DNA of 64,000 nt, from contig NC_045707.1 of the NCBI RefSeq assembly GCF_009834535.1, forward strand, positions 22,940,001 to 23,004,000, read 5' to 3'. This DNA is from Camelus ferus. Lineage: Eukaryota. The notes beneath the pieces were generated by a model. That model was not told the origin of the DNA. It saw only the letters and a list, made by a program, of their open reading frames with translations, and ran no database searches. Positions 13,106 through 25,724 of this stretch are shown piece by piece. Every line of letters begins with the position of its first letter. Positions within the stretch are counted from its first letter, which is position 1. The translations under genes and the position numbers were made by a program.

Positions 13106-13718
13106 TATTTTATAAATAAATAAATTTATACTAGAAACTAAATAACAAATCCACCTCTACCACAGCCCTTAAAAAATAAGAAAAAAAAACCAGCCCCTGT
13201 AGAATAGAGCTAAGAAATTGTAACACACTAAAATTCAGTCAAGGTGACTTGAGTGTAACTTCTGAGAACCAGCCTGTATCCTAACATTTATTCATTCAAT
13301 AAGTATGTTTTAAGCACCTATATTATAGGTACTGTGTGCAGTACTAGGAATACAATGGTAAGCAGCAGAGAAGACTCGCTAAGTGACTGCACTACAGATG
13401 GTGATTAGGGGCATGGCATCTAAGAAAGGAGAGTCCGTAAGGGCAAACATTGGCAGAATTTCTTCAGCACACCAAGAATAGTAAACTTGTATTAAGCACT
13501 TACTCTGGGCCTGTCAGTGTAAGTGCTTTACTAAATGATTTAAAACTCAAAACTCTCAGATAATCATTATAATCTATAATTCCATATTCAAAATCCATAG
13601 AGCCAGGAATGTTTCATAATTCAGAAAATTTCAAGTTTTAGAAAGGTAACATAGTACATTATGCTGTATATTATATACCACTCCTAGGGGTAGCATCCCA
13701 TAATCAAATAATATTTCA

Positions 13719-13895
13719 GTAAACAAGTTTGTGCTGTATAGCACAGGGAACTATATTCAATATCTTGTAGTAACTTACGGTGAAAAATAATGTGAAAACG
13801 AATATATGTATGTTCATGTATAACTGAAGCATTGTGCTGTACACCAGAAATTGACACAACATTGTAAACTGACTAAGCTTCAATAAAAACATATA
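13719..13895 (+). mobile_element. Second short cetartiodactyl L1 3' end
   Basis: Closely matches 6255-6420 (ctgtatagcacagggaactatattca...ccagaaattgacacaacattgtaaactgact). Confidence 0.85.
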
Positions 13896-14383
13896 TATAC
13901 AAAAATATGTATTTCTGGAGTGAAAACATATGAATAGTCTCCAGTATGATTTTTTAAAGACCATAGATAACCTCACTCCTCTTCAGGTCAGCTTTAGTCA
14001 CCATATGAGCTACCCCCCAAAATGTATGAATTACAGGGTTTTTTTGATTTTAGAATTGTGGGCAATCATTTTCCCTATTTCTCTGATGAAGAAATTGAAG
14101 AGAGGTCAAGTAACTTGCCCACAGGCACACAGCTAATAAAAGGAAGAGAGTATTTTAACCAAGGCCATCTGGCTTGAAAACATATGCTCCTAACTCCACC
14201 TGCCCACTCCCGCCGGTAAATCCCTGCTATGGATGTAATGGCCTTGACCTGAGATTCACTGCTCAGGAACATTTTGGGGAGAGAACCAGGAATTCTGAGA
14301 AATCTCATAATTTATTTTCTTAAACAAAAGAAACCCCCAAGGGTGAGGAACTCTAGCTCTCAAGCTCCCTTCCCACTTTCCAA

Positions 14384-14471
14384 CTTCCCTGTGACCCGGA
14401 AGACCTGGCTAGAACACTTCCCTTCCTCCTTCCCCCTGACCCGGAAGACCTGGCTACACTTCCCTTCCTCC
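14384..14471. repeat. Imperfect 45-bp tandem duplication upstream of INHBC
   Basis: tgacccggaagacctggcta starts at both 14392 and 14437, each followed by cacttcccttcctcc. Confidence 0.9.
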
Positions 14472-15105
14472 AACTTAACCTTCACACTGGATGATTTTGA
14501 GCTCCAGTGGGCAAAACCTAACCCAGGGCTAGCAAAAGAATCTGGACTGTGAGCCTCTGGGAGGGAGGAAAGTGGGGTAGAGATTTGAGAAGGACCAACT
14601 CTCAACAACATGCATGACAATGACCGACAGTGTCCTGCCAATGACGACCTCTTGTTTGAAAGTCATCCTTTAGCATTCTATATTAAAACCTCTGGTCTCT
14701 TCCATTCCCCCCACCCAAGCTTCCCAGCAAGGCCATTGATCTGAAGAGGAATTTCATCTCTAACCTTTGTCCAGAGGCCTGGCAGCTCACGTGGGTAACC
14801 CACTGTCTCCCAAAGTTGGCCCAAGGACATTTCTTTCCCCAAACAAACCAACCTCCCTTCACATCCCCCATTCTGTACTTCCACTGACTATGTGGCTTCT
14901 GCCAAGTTCTGCTGTAACTGGCTTCATCTCTCAAGTCGGATGTTTGACTGTTCTATCCCATGCAACCAGGAGGCATGCCAGCTGGACACACTTTCCTTCC
15001 GGGCCCCTGGCAGACGGGAGCCGAGACCACAGCTAGAGAGACCCTGAGTCTGAAGGTTTGTGGCTCTGTCTCAACTGTGTTGCTTAAGGAGGGCCTGCCC
15101 CAGCA

Positions 15106-18100
15106 ATGATCTCCTCATTGCTCCTGGCCTTCCTATTCCTGGCTCTGGCCACAGTGACCGTTCCCAGAGCTGACAGTCAGTGTCTGGCATGTGGAAGGCC
15201 TGCCCTGGACCTGGAGAGTCAGCGGGAGCTGCTTCTTAACCTGGCCAAAAGAAGCATCTTGGACAAGCTGCACCTCAGCCAGCGTCCAACACTGAAGCGA
15301 CCTGTGTCCAGAGCTGCTCTGAGGACGGCGCTGCAGTGTCTCCATGGGCTCTCGCAGGGAGCACTTCCAGAGGCTGACAGGGGACAGGAATATGAGATCA
15401 TCAGCTTTGCTGAGACAGGTGGGTTCTTGGTCTGTAGATCTTCCCCCAAACCCAATCTGTTTATGAAAGGAAAACTTTCCTCCCCAACCTAACCCCTGAC
15501 TTTCTCCCCAAAACCATCCCAAGTCTCGCCTCTCACAGCCTGTTATCTCCTAATCACAGGCTCCCATCCTCCAGGTTCTCTCTTGTAGTTTCGACCTGAC
15601 CAATGGGCAGCTGAGACGTAGATAAGTTTCATTTCTTTTAAGACCGCCTTCCCCTCTCTCCTCTGGCTCCTCTGCAGGCCCCACAAACTTCCACAGGCTG
15701 TGATGTGAGCCCATCCACTTCCTGGGCCTGGACCCAGGGTCTGGGAGCTGGAGAGTCTGTCCTCCCTTGGGCCCCAGGATCCAGCCTCTCCGTTCCCCTC
15801 TCCCCTAGATGCCTCATGTGGGTAAAGGGAGAAAAGTAAAACATCAAGATTGGCATACTTCTCCACCCTACCCTTGCCCTCTTGCCTTAATACCTTGGGG
15901 TCCCCCCATCAGAACAGGGCGAAAATGGGACTCAGAAAAGTAGATAAAGGATGGAGGATAGAGAAGAGAGAGTTCCTTTCACAGAGGGGAGAGGAGTTAG
16001 AGAATTTAGTTGGCAGCTCGAGATCGAGAGTTCAGAGACAGGATTCAAGAAAAAGAACACAAAGTGATGTCTCTGGCCTCTGAGCTACTTGCAAGCTCTG
16101 TCTTAGTTATGACAAGCACATCCCATTCCTGGCAGCCTTTCCCCTGGTCAGCATCTACTCCCTTCAAGACCAAGCACTCCCATCCTCAAAAACCCTCCCT
16201 GACCTGAGGGTGAGGGGCTCCCTCGCTGGTGGCCCTCACACCCTTACCCTGAACCTGATCCCTCCTTGTGGAATTGCCTTGTTTCCAGATTTTCTGTGAA
16301 GTGTGTCTTCCCATAGTCTGTAACCCCTTAAGGTCCGGAACTGTCACTTATACCTCATGTTATCATCAGAGGCTAGTGTGTAGTAGAAATAACTAACACT
16401 TATACAACGCTTAATGTGTTCGGAGCCTTTTACATACATGATTATCTCCCTGAGATCCTCACAATAAGCCAGTGAAGCAAATACTGTCATTATCCCCATT
16501 TTAGAGGTGATGAAACTGAGGCTCAAGGGGTTGACTAACTAGCTCAAGGATCACATGACTGGGAAGTGGTAGAGCCAGGCAGTCTAAGTCTGAAATCCAT
16601 GACCTTGACCACTATACCACTCTGCCACCACACCACGCTGAAGGTCAGTTTGACCACAGTCTAGAGTCCTCAGTGATGAATAAGACCGTATTCTATTTAC
16701 AAAAGGGGGTTTCTGCTCATGATTAAGAACACGAACTCTGGAGCCAGATAAACTGGGCTCAAATCCCTGCTCAGCCACTTATTACTATGTGACCTGAGTT
16801 GTTAATAGTCAGTTTTCTTTATTTGCAAAATAGAGATAATGAAAAGATAGGTGAGAGACTTAAGTGAGCTACAGGTAATGCACTTAGAAAGAATAAGATG
16901 GGAGCAAACTGGAGTAGAAGACTCAGCTCCTGCCCAACAGGGTTTAGTTGTTGCTCCTAGGAATAAACTACTTAGAATATAAGGCAGAATGAAATAAATG
17001 CTGGATGAGAGCACAGGAGCTTGATGGACGAAAGTAATTCTTTGGGACCTGGTAAGACAGGGTAGTCTTTCAGAAGAAGATTGCAAATAGGCTGGTGCCG
17101 TAGAATAAGTTTGACTTCACTGGGTAGAAAATGGTAAACAACATCCTAAATGGAGGGAAAAACATGAGTGAAAGTCTGAAGAAATAGTTTAGAGCTTGAA
17201 AAGTAGTTTGGAATGGATAAGCACAAGGTGGACAAATGGCCATGAGCCATGAGTCCCTTTAACACCAAAATCTTGCTTGATGTTTTTTCACCTTTGTGTC
17301 CCTGACACTTAGCCCAATTCCCATTTTAAGAATGCAGAAACTGAAACTCAAAGAAGATCATTCAACATGGCCAAGGTCATACAGCTTACAACAGGCAGAA
17401 TTCAAACACAGTTCTCTCTGACTTCAAAGTCTATATACTTTCCACATATTTGCTAATCAATGAATGAACACAGCATTCAGGCTGGAGGAGGCATGACCTG
17501 GAATGAAGTTTGGAGGTGAGAATGATTGATGCCTGGATTCTACCTTTTACATTTAAATATTTTGGTTTGAAGTTTTAATTCCAATTTAAGCTGTCATCTA
17601 CATCCTAATGTGAAAGAAAGATCAGAGAATTGTTCTTGCTGGAGATTTGACAAGAGAGAGCGTGGAGCTTTGAGGAAACTAGAGTAGGGGCCTTCAGTGG
17701 CGTCTCGGAACTGGCTCACGCTGGCTCATGAACACTGATGGCGAACATCTCCCAACTTGCATCTGGTGACCTCACGCTGATAGTTTAAAATTGGCCATGG
17801 TGGGAAAATTTATACCACAGAAATTGGCAAACACTACAAATCAGGGCTTTTTTTCCCCTCTGGAATCCAGTTGCTCAATATTTACCAGCACACCACCGCC
17901 TATGACCTAAAAATTCAAGTTATCTGCCTCCCACAGCTAACATACAATGCGGAGACAGGGACAGGGTAACCACAATAGATGCTCCTTTCCAAAATGGAGG
18001 GTGGGGGAGGGAGACACAAAGCAGCCACTGGTCCATGAAAATTTTGATATCCAGCCTGGTACCTATCTCCGTCTACCTCAAGTTCAGAATCCCTTTGGTT

Positions 18101-21100
18101 GCGGCCTGGATGTGCGCCCTGGTAGGGTTTTCCTCTCTTAAGGAGAACCCACAGTGCTCTCCTGGGCTTCTGGATCCACTCTCTTAACCTTTAATGCCAC
18201 CCTCTGAGATATCTTTCCTCTTAAACAGGAAATGACCTGTGTTTGTGACTGAGTGGTTTTCTTAGCCTTAATCTCCCCTGAAGAGGTTGAGAGCCCCTCA
18301 GAGACTTCTTTTCATTTTGAGTTGTCTCTGTCCCTTTTAGTTCAGTTGTGCTGCTTTCACTATTAAAATTCTCTTTAACACTCTGTGAGCTTCTAAATAA
18401 TAAATTATAGTCTACTCAGTTAGACAAAAGGCAAGCTACTGTATCAAGACAGACCCCTCTTGGGACTACAAGTCAAGGCGTTGTGGAAGAACACTCAAGA
18501 TTTTTAGAAGCCCTTTTGTCCAGTTGAGAGGGTCTACAGAACAACATCTTAAATTTTAGATCTTAACAAAGATGTTAGATCTTAACAAAGGCTCTTGCAG
18601 TTGACCCTTTGTTGTTTGGATCTTCATTCTGAGGCCGTGTTTTATTGACAGTGCCCTGGATTTGATTTTTGCCCTGAGATGGTTTCTTAGTTTGAGAACC
18701 TTTTGCCAGACAGAGAGTTGAGGAATGAAAAAATATTTTATTGTTCAATCTAGCAAGTCCTATTGGAAATGTTTTCTCTAAATTCTGCTTGAAAATTGAA
18801 CAGTTCCTTTTTTAGTTCATCTCACTCCTGAAATGCCTTATCATAGGAAGCCAAAATAAGCCAATTGACACTTTCAGCATTCTGCCTGGAAATATCTTTA
18901 GCTAAATTCACAACTTTGTTAGTTACCATTTCTAGCTTCCAAGTTGCCACAGCCGATAGCCAGTACATAACACAGGTTCCCCTTTCCCCAGCTTCCAATA
19001 ACAATTTCCTCACTGCTCTTCCTGCCTTCACCAGCAGTCTCCTGCCATCCTTCCAACCTCTGTCTGCCACCCAGTCCCAAGGCCAATGCCACATATTTTA
19101 GGTCTTTGCTCTGGAGTACCTCACTTCTGATACTAATTTGTTTCAGTTATCCATTAATATAACAAATCGGCCCAAACATTGAGGCTTAAAGCAAACAAAC
19201 AAAAATTCAGTATTTTTCATGGGTGTGTGGTTTGACTGGGCTTATCTGGACCCTTCTTTTGCTCCCTGTCATGTAGCTGAGGTCACTCACGCAGCTGTAT
19301 TCAGCTAGGGGCTCAGAGGGGGCTAGAACATCTAAGAGTCTCCCTCCACATGGCTTCTCATCATTCAGCACTCTAGCCCAAGCCGCTTTAAAGCACAGTG
19401 GCTGGCTTCCAAGAGGAGGAAGCTTCAAGGTCTAAGTACTCATTAAGTTTCTGCTTGTACTATGCTTGCCTATGTCTCATTGGCCAAATCAAGTCACATG
19501 CCATGTCCAGAGTTAATATGAGAAGGGATTGTACCAATCCATGAATATTGGGAGGTGTTGTTCATTAGGGGCCAACAATATAATAATCTACCACAGCCCT
19601 GGCCGGTCATGTGTCTGCCTGCCATAACTGGGGTGACTTAAGAGGTTCTAATGGTAGGGTGTTTCGTGACCTAACAAGAAAAAATTAGCTGGACCAATCA
19701 GAGTTTTCTTGGATTTTGGAGTTAGGAACTGGAAAATCAGCTTACTTAGCTAGGAGGAGCTAAGTAAAAGGTTCTGTAGACTCAGGAGCTGGGGTCACCA
19801 TTCCAGGACCTGAGAAAGCTGACAAAGAGGCAGAAGAGGTAGACCCACAGAAAGAGAAGAATGGAGTAGATTTACACAGGGAGACTGAGATGAGAGGCAT
19901 CTTGTTGGCTCTGAGAACTGTCAAGAGCAACCTTATTCCAGACCTTCCAGTTCACGCAAAGCCTAGTTGAACTTTATTTTCTGTTCTTTTATGCCCATGA
20001 GAGTATCAGTGGCATTCCCACAATAAAGCATCCTTTACTTAAAAAAGCAAATAAGGGTAGCCTAGGCCAAATCATAATGGGCATTTAATTGCCTCCTAAA
20101 AGAGTTTGGACATTATTCACCAATAAGTATTTTGAAACCATGAATTTTATGGCCTAGCTTTTTTGGAAAATAATTCTGGCGTCAGTGTAAAATAAAAATT
20201 AAAGAAACGAAAAGCCATTCATTCAACAAATGTTTATTGAGTGCCTACTATGTGGTAGATACATAAGGATACAATGGTGAACCATACAGGCACAATCTTT
20301 ATCTTAATGGAGTTTACATTCTAGCAGCTGGGGCAGGGGGATGTCGAAGGGGAGGAAAAGCATATAGTAAACAAATGAGCAAAAAAACCAAGGTGGTCAC
20401 AGAGAGTGATATTGGCTATGAAGACAGTTAAGCAGGATGATGTATTAAAGTGACGCAGGTAGAGTTGAAGGCAGCTTTAGACTGGTTAGTCCCCTGGAGA
20501 GGAGAATTTGAGCTGAAGGCCAAAAAGGAGCCAGTCATTCAAAGACCTTGGAAAGACATTCCAGGCAGGCAGAATAGCAAGTGGAAAGGCCATGAGGTGG
20601 GTCCACGTTTGGTGAGTTCAAGGAACAGGAAAAAGGCTGGTATAGAGAGAATACAGTCATGAAATGGAAGAATGCCTAATCATGCAAATTTTTTATGTTA
20701 AAGAGTTTAGATTTTATTCAAATAGTAATGGGAAGATTTTAAAGGGTTTTAAGCTGAAAGGATTAAACTAATCAGATTTATGTCATAAAAAGATCACTCT
20801 GGCTGATATGTGAAGAATTGTTCTGGGGTCAAGAGTGAACCAGTTGGCAAGCTATTGCCATAATTTGAGAAAAAGATGATTGTGGATTGAACTAATGTGT
20901 GGTAGAGGAGGTGGGGAAAAGTGAAATGATATTATGAACTGGAGGTAGAGTTGACAGATCTGCAGATAATTTCAAAGTAAGGGGTGAGGGCAAGCAAGGC
21001 TTTTACAGGAAAGGGGAAGATTGGAAAAGGAATAGGTTTTGGTTGGGGGGGATAAATCTAGAGTTCTTTGAACATGAAAACTTTGAGATAGCATTGGTTA

Positions 21101-23184
21101 TCCAAGTGGAATATCAGACCAACAGCTGGATATACTAGTCTGAGGCTCAGGGAGAGGTCAGAGCCAGGGATTTATACCTGGGATTCATGAGCCTATAGAT
21201 GGAATTGAAAGCGAGAGGAATTGATGTCTCGTTTTGGGAGAGAGTATAGATAGAGAAGAGAAGGGGGCTCAGGACCTCCAACATTTAGAGGTCAGGCAGA
21301 AGAAGAGAAGCTGTCAGCAGAGGAGACCAAGATGAAGTGGCTAGAATCATGAGAGCTAAGAGAAGCAAATATTTCAAGAAGGAGGGGATGGTTAACTGTG
21401 TCAAACACTGCTTAAAGGCCAAGTAAGATGAATAGAAAGAGATTAAAGCATTGGATTTGGCAACATGGAAGTATTAGTGATCCTGACAAGAGAATTTCAG
21501 TGGAGTGGAGGGAATAGAAACCCAATTAATGTGTTTTAATAGAGGAGGTGAGAAATGTAGGGGGGAAATTGGGCAGTAGTAATAGGTATAGAAAGAAATG
21601 AATAGCCATTAGAACCATTGTGGTGAGGGACTAGATGTGGCGAGTGAGGGAGGTGATCATAGGGTTTCTAGAAGTAATAAGGATAGTGGTGCCACCAATT
21701 CTAAGAACAGAAACAGGAGTATATAGGGAGTTGGGGAGGGTATGGTCAGNNNNNNNNNNNNNNNNNNNNNNNNNNNNNNNNNNNNNNNNNNNNNNNNNNN
21801 NNNNNNNNNNNNNNNNNNNNNNNNNNNNNNNNNNNNNNNNNNNNNNNNNNNNNNNNNNNNNNNNNNNNNNNNNNNNNNNNNNNNNNNNNNNNNNNNNGGG
21901 AGGGGCATGTAGAAAAAGAAGAGTAAAAAGAAAAAAGAAGTATATAGGGAGAAAAATAATGATTTCCCTTGGGATAAATTGATTCTAATATGCCGACAGG
22001 ACACGCATGTAACAAAATTAAGCAATTAGAAGTTTAGGCCTGAAGCTTGGTGATTCCCAAGATGCAAAATGGCCTGGACTGGACATACAGATTTAGGAAT
22101 CACCAGCATAAACTGTGTCGACTGACCGTGAGTGTGGGCCAGAGTTCCCCTCTGTAGAGTAGAGTAAAAGTGAAGGTCAGCAATAGACCTTGGAGAACTC
22201 TTACATTGAAGGGATGATCAGAGAAAGAAAAGCCAGCAAAGAAAATTAAGGAAGAATCATAAGAGAGTTGTGTCATGAAAGCCAAAGGAGAAAAGATTTT
22301 CAAGAAGAAAAGGGTGGTTAACAATGCCAACAATGTGGTCAAGAAGAAACTAAGGGAGTTCAAGTTTGCTGAGAACAGATAGGTAGTTGTTAGAATTGAC
22401 ACTCAGAAGACCACAATGACAGGGGCTTCTTGTGTCCACAGGCCTCTCCAACATCGACCAGACTCGTCTTGATTTCCACTTCTCTAATCGAACTGCTGGT
22501 GGCTTGGAGGTCCAGCAGGCCAGCCTCATGTTCTTTGTGCAGCTCCCTCCCAATACCACCTGGACTTTGAAGGTGAGGGTCCTTGTGCTAGGCCGACATG
22601 ACACCAACCTCACCTTGGCCACTCAGCACCTGCTGCAGGTAGATGACAGTGGTTGGCACCAGTTCCTCCTGGGGTCTGAGGCTCAGGCTGCCTGCAGCCA
22701 GGGGCACCTGATCCTAGAGCTGGTCCCTGAAGGCCAGTTAGCCCAGAGCTCAGTCATCCTGGGCAGGGCTGCCCATAGGCCTTTTGTGACAGCCCGGGTA
22801 AGAGTTGGGGGCAAGCACCGGCTTCGCCGGCGAGGCATCGACTGCCAGGGGAGGTCCAGGATGTGCTGTCGACAAGAGTTCTTTGTGGACTTCCGTGAGA
22901 TTGGCTGGCACGACTGGATCATCCAGCCTGAGGGCTACGCAATGAACTTCTGCACAGGACAGTGCCCGCTGCACATGGCAGGCATGCCTGGTATTGCTGC
23001 CTCTTTTCACACAGCGGTTTTCAATCTCTTCAAGGCCAACTCAGCTGCAGGCACCGCTGGAGGGGGCTCATGCTGCGTGCCCACGGCCCGGCGCCCCCTG
23101 TCTCTGCTCTACTATGACAGGGACAGCAACATTGTCAAGACTGACATACCTGACATGGTGGTAGAGGCCTGTGGGTGCAGTTAG
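15106..23184 (+). CDS. INHBC: Inhibin beta C chain (activin C), 351 aa, intact
   Basis: Exons 15106-15418 (313 nt) and 22442-23184 (743 nt), GT-AG, phase 1. Signal peptide, RLRRR cleavage site, and a 9-Cys TGF-beta domain GIDCQG...VEACGCS. AATAAA at 24371-24376. Confidence 0.97.
16340..16900. mobile_element. MIR SINE remnants (also ~12350-12560, ~13990-14190, ~17330-17450, ~54620-54830)
   Basis: MIR core cccattttagaggtgatgaaactgaggctcaagggg...caaggatcacatgactgggaagtggtagagcc. Confidence 0.7.
17696..17898. mobile_element. MER63-like non-autonomous hAT DNA transposon
   Basis: Ends cagtggcgtctcgg... and ...ccagcacaccacc form an imperfect terminal inverted repeat resembling CAGTGGTGTGCTGG; family named from memory. 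Confidence 0.55.
18570..19600 (-). mobile_element. MaLR (MLT1) internal fragment plus LTR
   Basis: 18570-19130 resembles MLT1-int; 19130-19600 resembles an MLT1 LTR (gctgaggtcactcacgcagctgtattcagct...ggccaaatcaagtcacatgcc). Confidence 0.55.
20210..22400 (-). mobile_element. L2 LINE remnant
   Basis: Starts with the reversed L2 3' end cattcattcaacaaatgtttattgagtgcctactatg; purine-rich body; interrupted by an N gap. Confidence 0.7.
21750..21897. other. Assembly gap (148 N); further gaps at 29749-29879, 31171-31302 and 33102-33232
   Basis: N runs seen directly; two of them fall in the GC-rich GLI1 promoter/intron 1, which suggests a short-read assembly. Confidence 0.95.
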
Positions 23185-24665
23185 GCCACGGGTGGTCTGG
23201 GCAGTCCGAGGCAAGGCGAGCAAAACTGCCCTGACAGAGGTGCTCTTCCTTGAGAAGAGGGAGTGGCCCCACCACTGCCTCTGTCCAGAAGATGGACTCC
23301 TTCTTCCTGAGCATCGTATGGAAATTATCCCAACTATGACTTGAGAAGAACTTCATCTAAGAAGAGTCATTGTCATCTAAGGAGAGTTGCTGTACCACCT
23401 TCATAACCACCAGCCTCTCTCCTAGGGCATAGTCCATCCAGCAAGCTCCACGTCCTCAACCACCACCCCAGGGACTCTGATCCACCTCCAGCTATGAGCA
23501 GTGCCATCTAGTTCCCAGGCAGAAGACACTGCTGACCCATCTTTAATCCAGCCCGCAATCCACTACACCTCCATGCTCTTTCTACTCAATGTCCCTCTCT
23601 CCTGGTTGAGCTGACCCAGCCCCTTCACCTGATTTTCTGGATTTCCAGAGAGCCCCATCCTGAGATTTACCAAACATGACATCCTCTCTGTGTCTTAAGC
23701 CCTTTTCCTTCTTACTTGCCCAGTGGACTGCTAAGGCTCTCTTGGCACAGCCTCATCCACTCTTGTCTTTCTCTGCCCTGCTCTGTGCCCTTTGGGGCTG
23801 ACTTACCTGAGTTCCATTGACCTTTGGCTTCCTGCCGAGTTTGACTAAGAGGAGACAGAAGCAGGAGATCAAAGGATAGGAGGAGACAGGTCAGGGTGTT
23901 TCTTATTCCTGCTCCTTCTGCCCAGGTGCCATGGTTCTGTGTGACTTTGGCTGTGGCCATGTCCCTACAGTTCCTGTCTGACTCCCTGCTAGGTCCTCAT
24001 ATCAGTGTTTTCATGTTATGGGCTTGTAATGGCTTTGCACTCCTGCTAGTCCCTGGGTGTTTCAACGTCCCTGGTTGGTTCCCTTAGCCCTGCCCATACC
24101 TCTGTAAAGAAGTCCTCCATTAAATCTTCTTAGTGATACAAACTCAGACAGCTGAGTGGGTCTTTTGTCTCCTGCCAGGACCCTGATTGACATCCCAGAT
24201 GACATGGAGCCTGCCTGCCTGCCCTGCCCACTTTCTCTCCTCACAGTCTCCTTAGGGCTGAGCTATTGTGTCCATCCCGTACATCATGACTCTTCCTTCT
24301 CCACGCTGCCTCCTCTTCTTTCTTAGGCCTCCTCCTCCCTCCCAGAACCATCTTTGCTGGTCTTACAGCTAATAAAGGCCTGAGTTTTACCTGCTTCTCT
24401 CCTCCCTCTGTCCCCGCTCCAAGAGATGAGACAGATCACTGCTCAGTCAGCAAGTAGGCTGGCAACCTGTGGGCACATACACGGTGGGAGGCAGAGGCAC
24501 GGCTCAAAGCTGGCCACCTTCCCTTCAATGACCCGCAAGGCCCCATCCAGGCGTCCTGCCTGGAAGGTGGAACTGGCCAAGGGCCACCTGAGTGAGACAG
24601 AGAGGAGAAAAGGTAGGCCTAGGGTGAGGAGAGGGTGGCATTTGCCCTAAGACTAGGTGCTCTCT

Positions 24666-24956
24666 AGACCTTTGCCCTCCTCCCCCACTATCTCCTCCCT
24701 TTGGTTGGACAGCCCTGAACCATGCGGTCGATAATGTCTGCAGCCCAAGGCCGAGTTTGCGCAAAACCCATGTGTCCTTTGGGAAACGTGATGTCTGTGT
24801 TTGCTCAGCATATAACCCCCTCCTATCTGGGTCTGAGGTCCCTGGAATAGGAACCCTAGAGGAGAAAGTCTGAAAGGGACCTACCCAGGGGACTGCAGAT
24901 CTGAGCTGTGGGGCTTCCTGAGCAAACTCATGGAAGTTATCCCGCCTTTGACGTGA
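24666..24956. promoter_or_regulatory. Candidate hepatocyte enhancer (HNF4 DR1, C/EBP, FOXA, UPRE-like sites)
   Basis: AGACCTTTGCCCT 24666-24678, TTGCGCAA 24757-24764, TGTTTGC 24798-24804, TGACGTGA 24949-24956. Confidence 0.5.
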
Positions 24957-25047
24957 GGAAATCTTCATCTAAGGAAGTCTTCTGGTGGTTCTCCTTCCCC
25001 CTACTCCACCCCTCTCCCACATCTAACCTCCCTCCCAGCTTCAGTCC

Positions 25048-25240
25048 CCAGGGCCAAGACTAAGGTGAGGTGAAGTGAAGCACTTGCTTTGGGGGCAAAA
25101 TTTTAAGGGGATGCCAAAAAATTCATCAATCAAGCTAAATATCTTAATACAGTATTTTTTTTAAATCAAAATTAATGCAAAAAAATCCACGATGAACAAA
25201 GTAGCAAATTTTAAAATAAATTAAATTGAAAAGGAATCAG
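25048..25240 (+). mobile_element. Old hAT-type DNA transposon fragment (CAGGGCC end)
   Basis: cagggccaagactaaggtgaggtgaagtgaagcacttgctttgggggcaaaattttaagggg; family not pinned down. Confidence 0.4.
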
Positions 25241-25542
25241 TATTATTCCTTTTCTTCTTTTGTGTCTTGGCTCTGCCTTTGATAAAAATGGGAAAGAGTG
25301 GGACTGTCTCCTAAACCTTATCTTCCAGAGTCCCCTGGCCCCTAATTCTAAACTCAGTCAGGCTTTTCTCTTTTGGGCAAGATAATCACTTAGGCTTCTT
25401 CTGCTTCCTTAACCACCCCCAAGCTGATTGCTACCCCCAGCCCCCAACCAGGTTGGTGGTAGGGCGGGCCTGTGAGGCAGATGGCTGGGGTATTTATAAC
25501 CCGGAGCACTTCTTGGGGAAAGTGACTAAGATGCTAAAAGCA

Positions 25543-25724
25543 TATTTATAGCTGGGTTCTGACGCAAGTGTCAGTGGGAAGGTAGGGGCAGGCCAGACAC
25601 AGCAGCAAGAGGGTAGGAAGAGCTGGGAAGTGGGGCCACCTGACAGAGAAGGGGGGGGAGAGGTGAGGTCAGTGACTCCTGCAGCCTCTTCTTGCTGCTT
25701 CCCTTGACTCAGGCTCACCAACAG
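25543..25724 (+). promoter_or_regulatory. Candidate upstream TATA/Inr promoter with ATG-free first exon
   Basis: TATTTATA at 25543, Inr TCAGT with A at 25573 (30 nt downstream), donor CAG|GTAAGC at 25724/25725. Confidence 0.4.

Noticed and set aside
18556-18590. Short tandem duplications (ttagatcttaacaaag twice; also aaaaatgaactgaattg at 9964 and 9997)
   Set aside because: Typical slippage events in neutral intronic sequence.
22817-22834. INHBC cleavage site RLRRR differs from human
   Set aside because: A similar multibasic site is, from memory, common in non-primate mammals; not novel.
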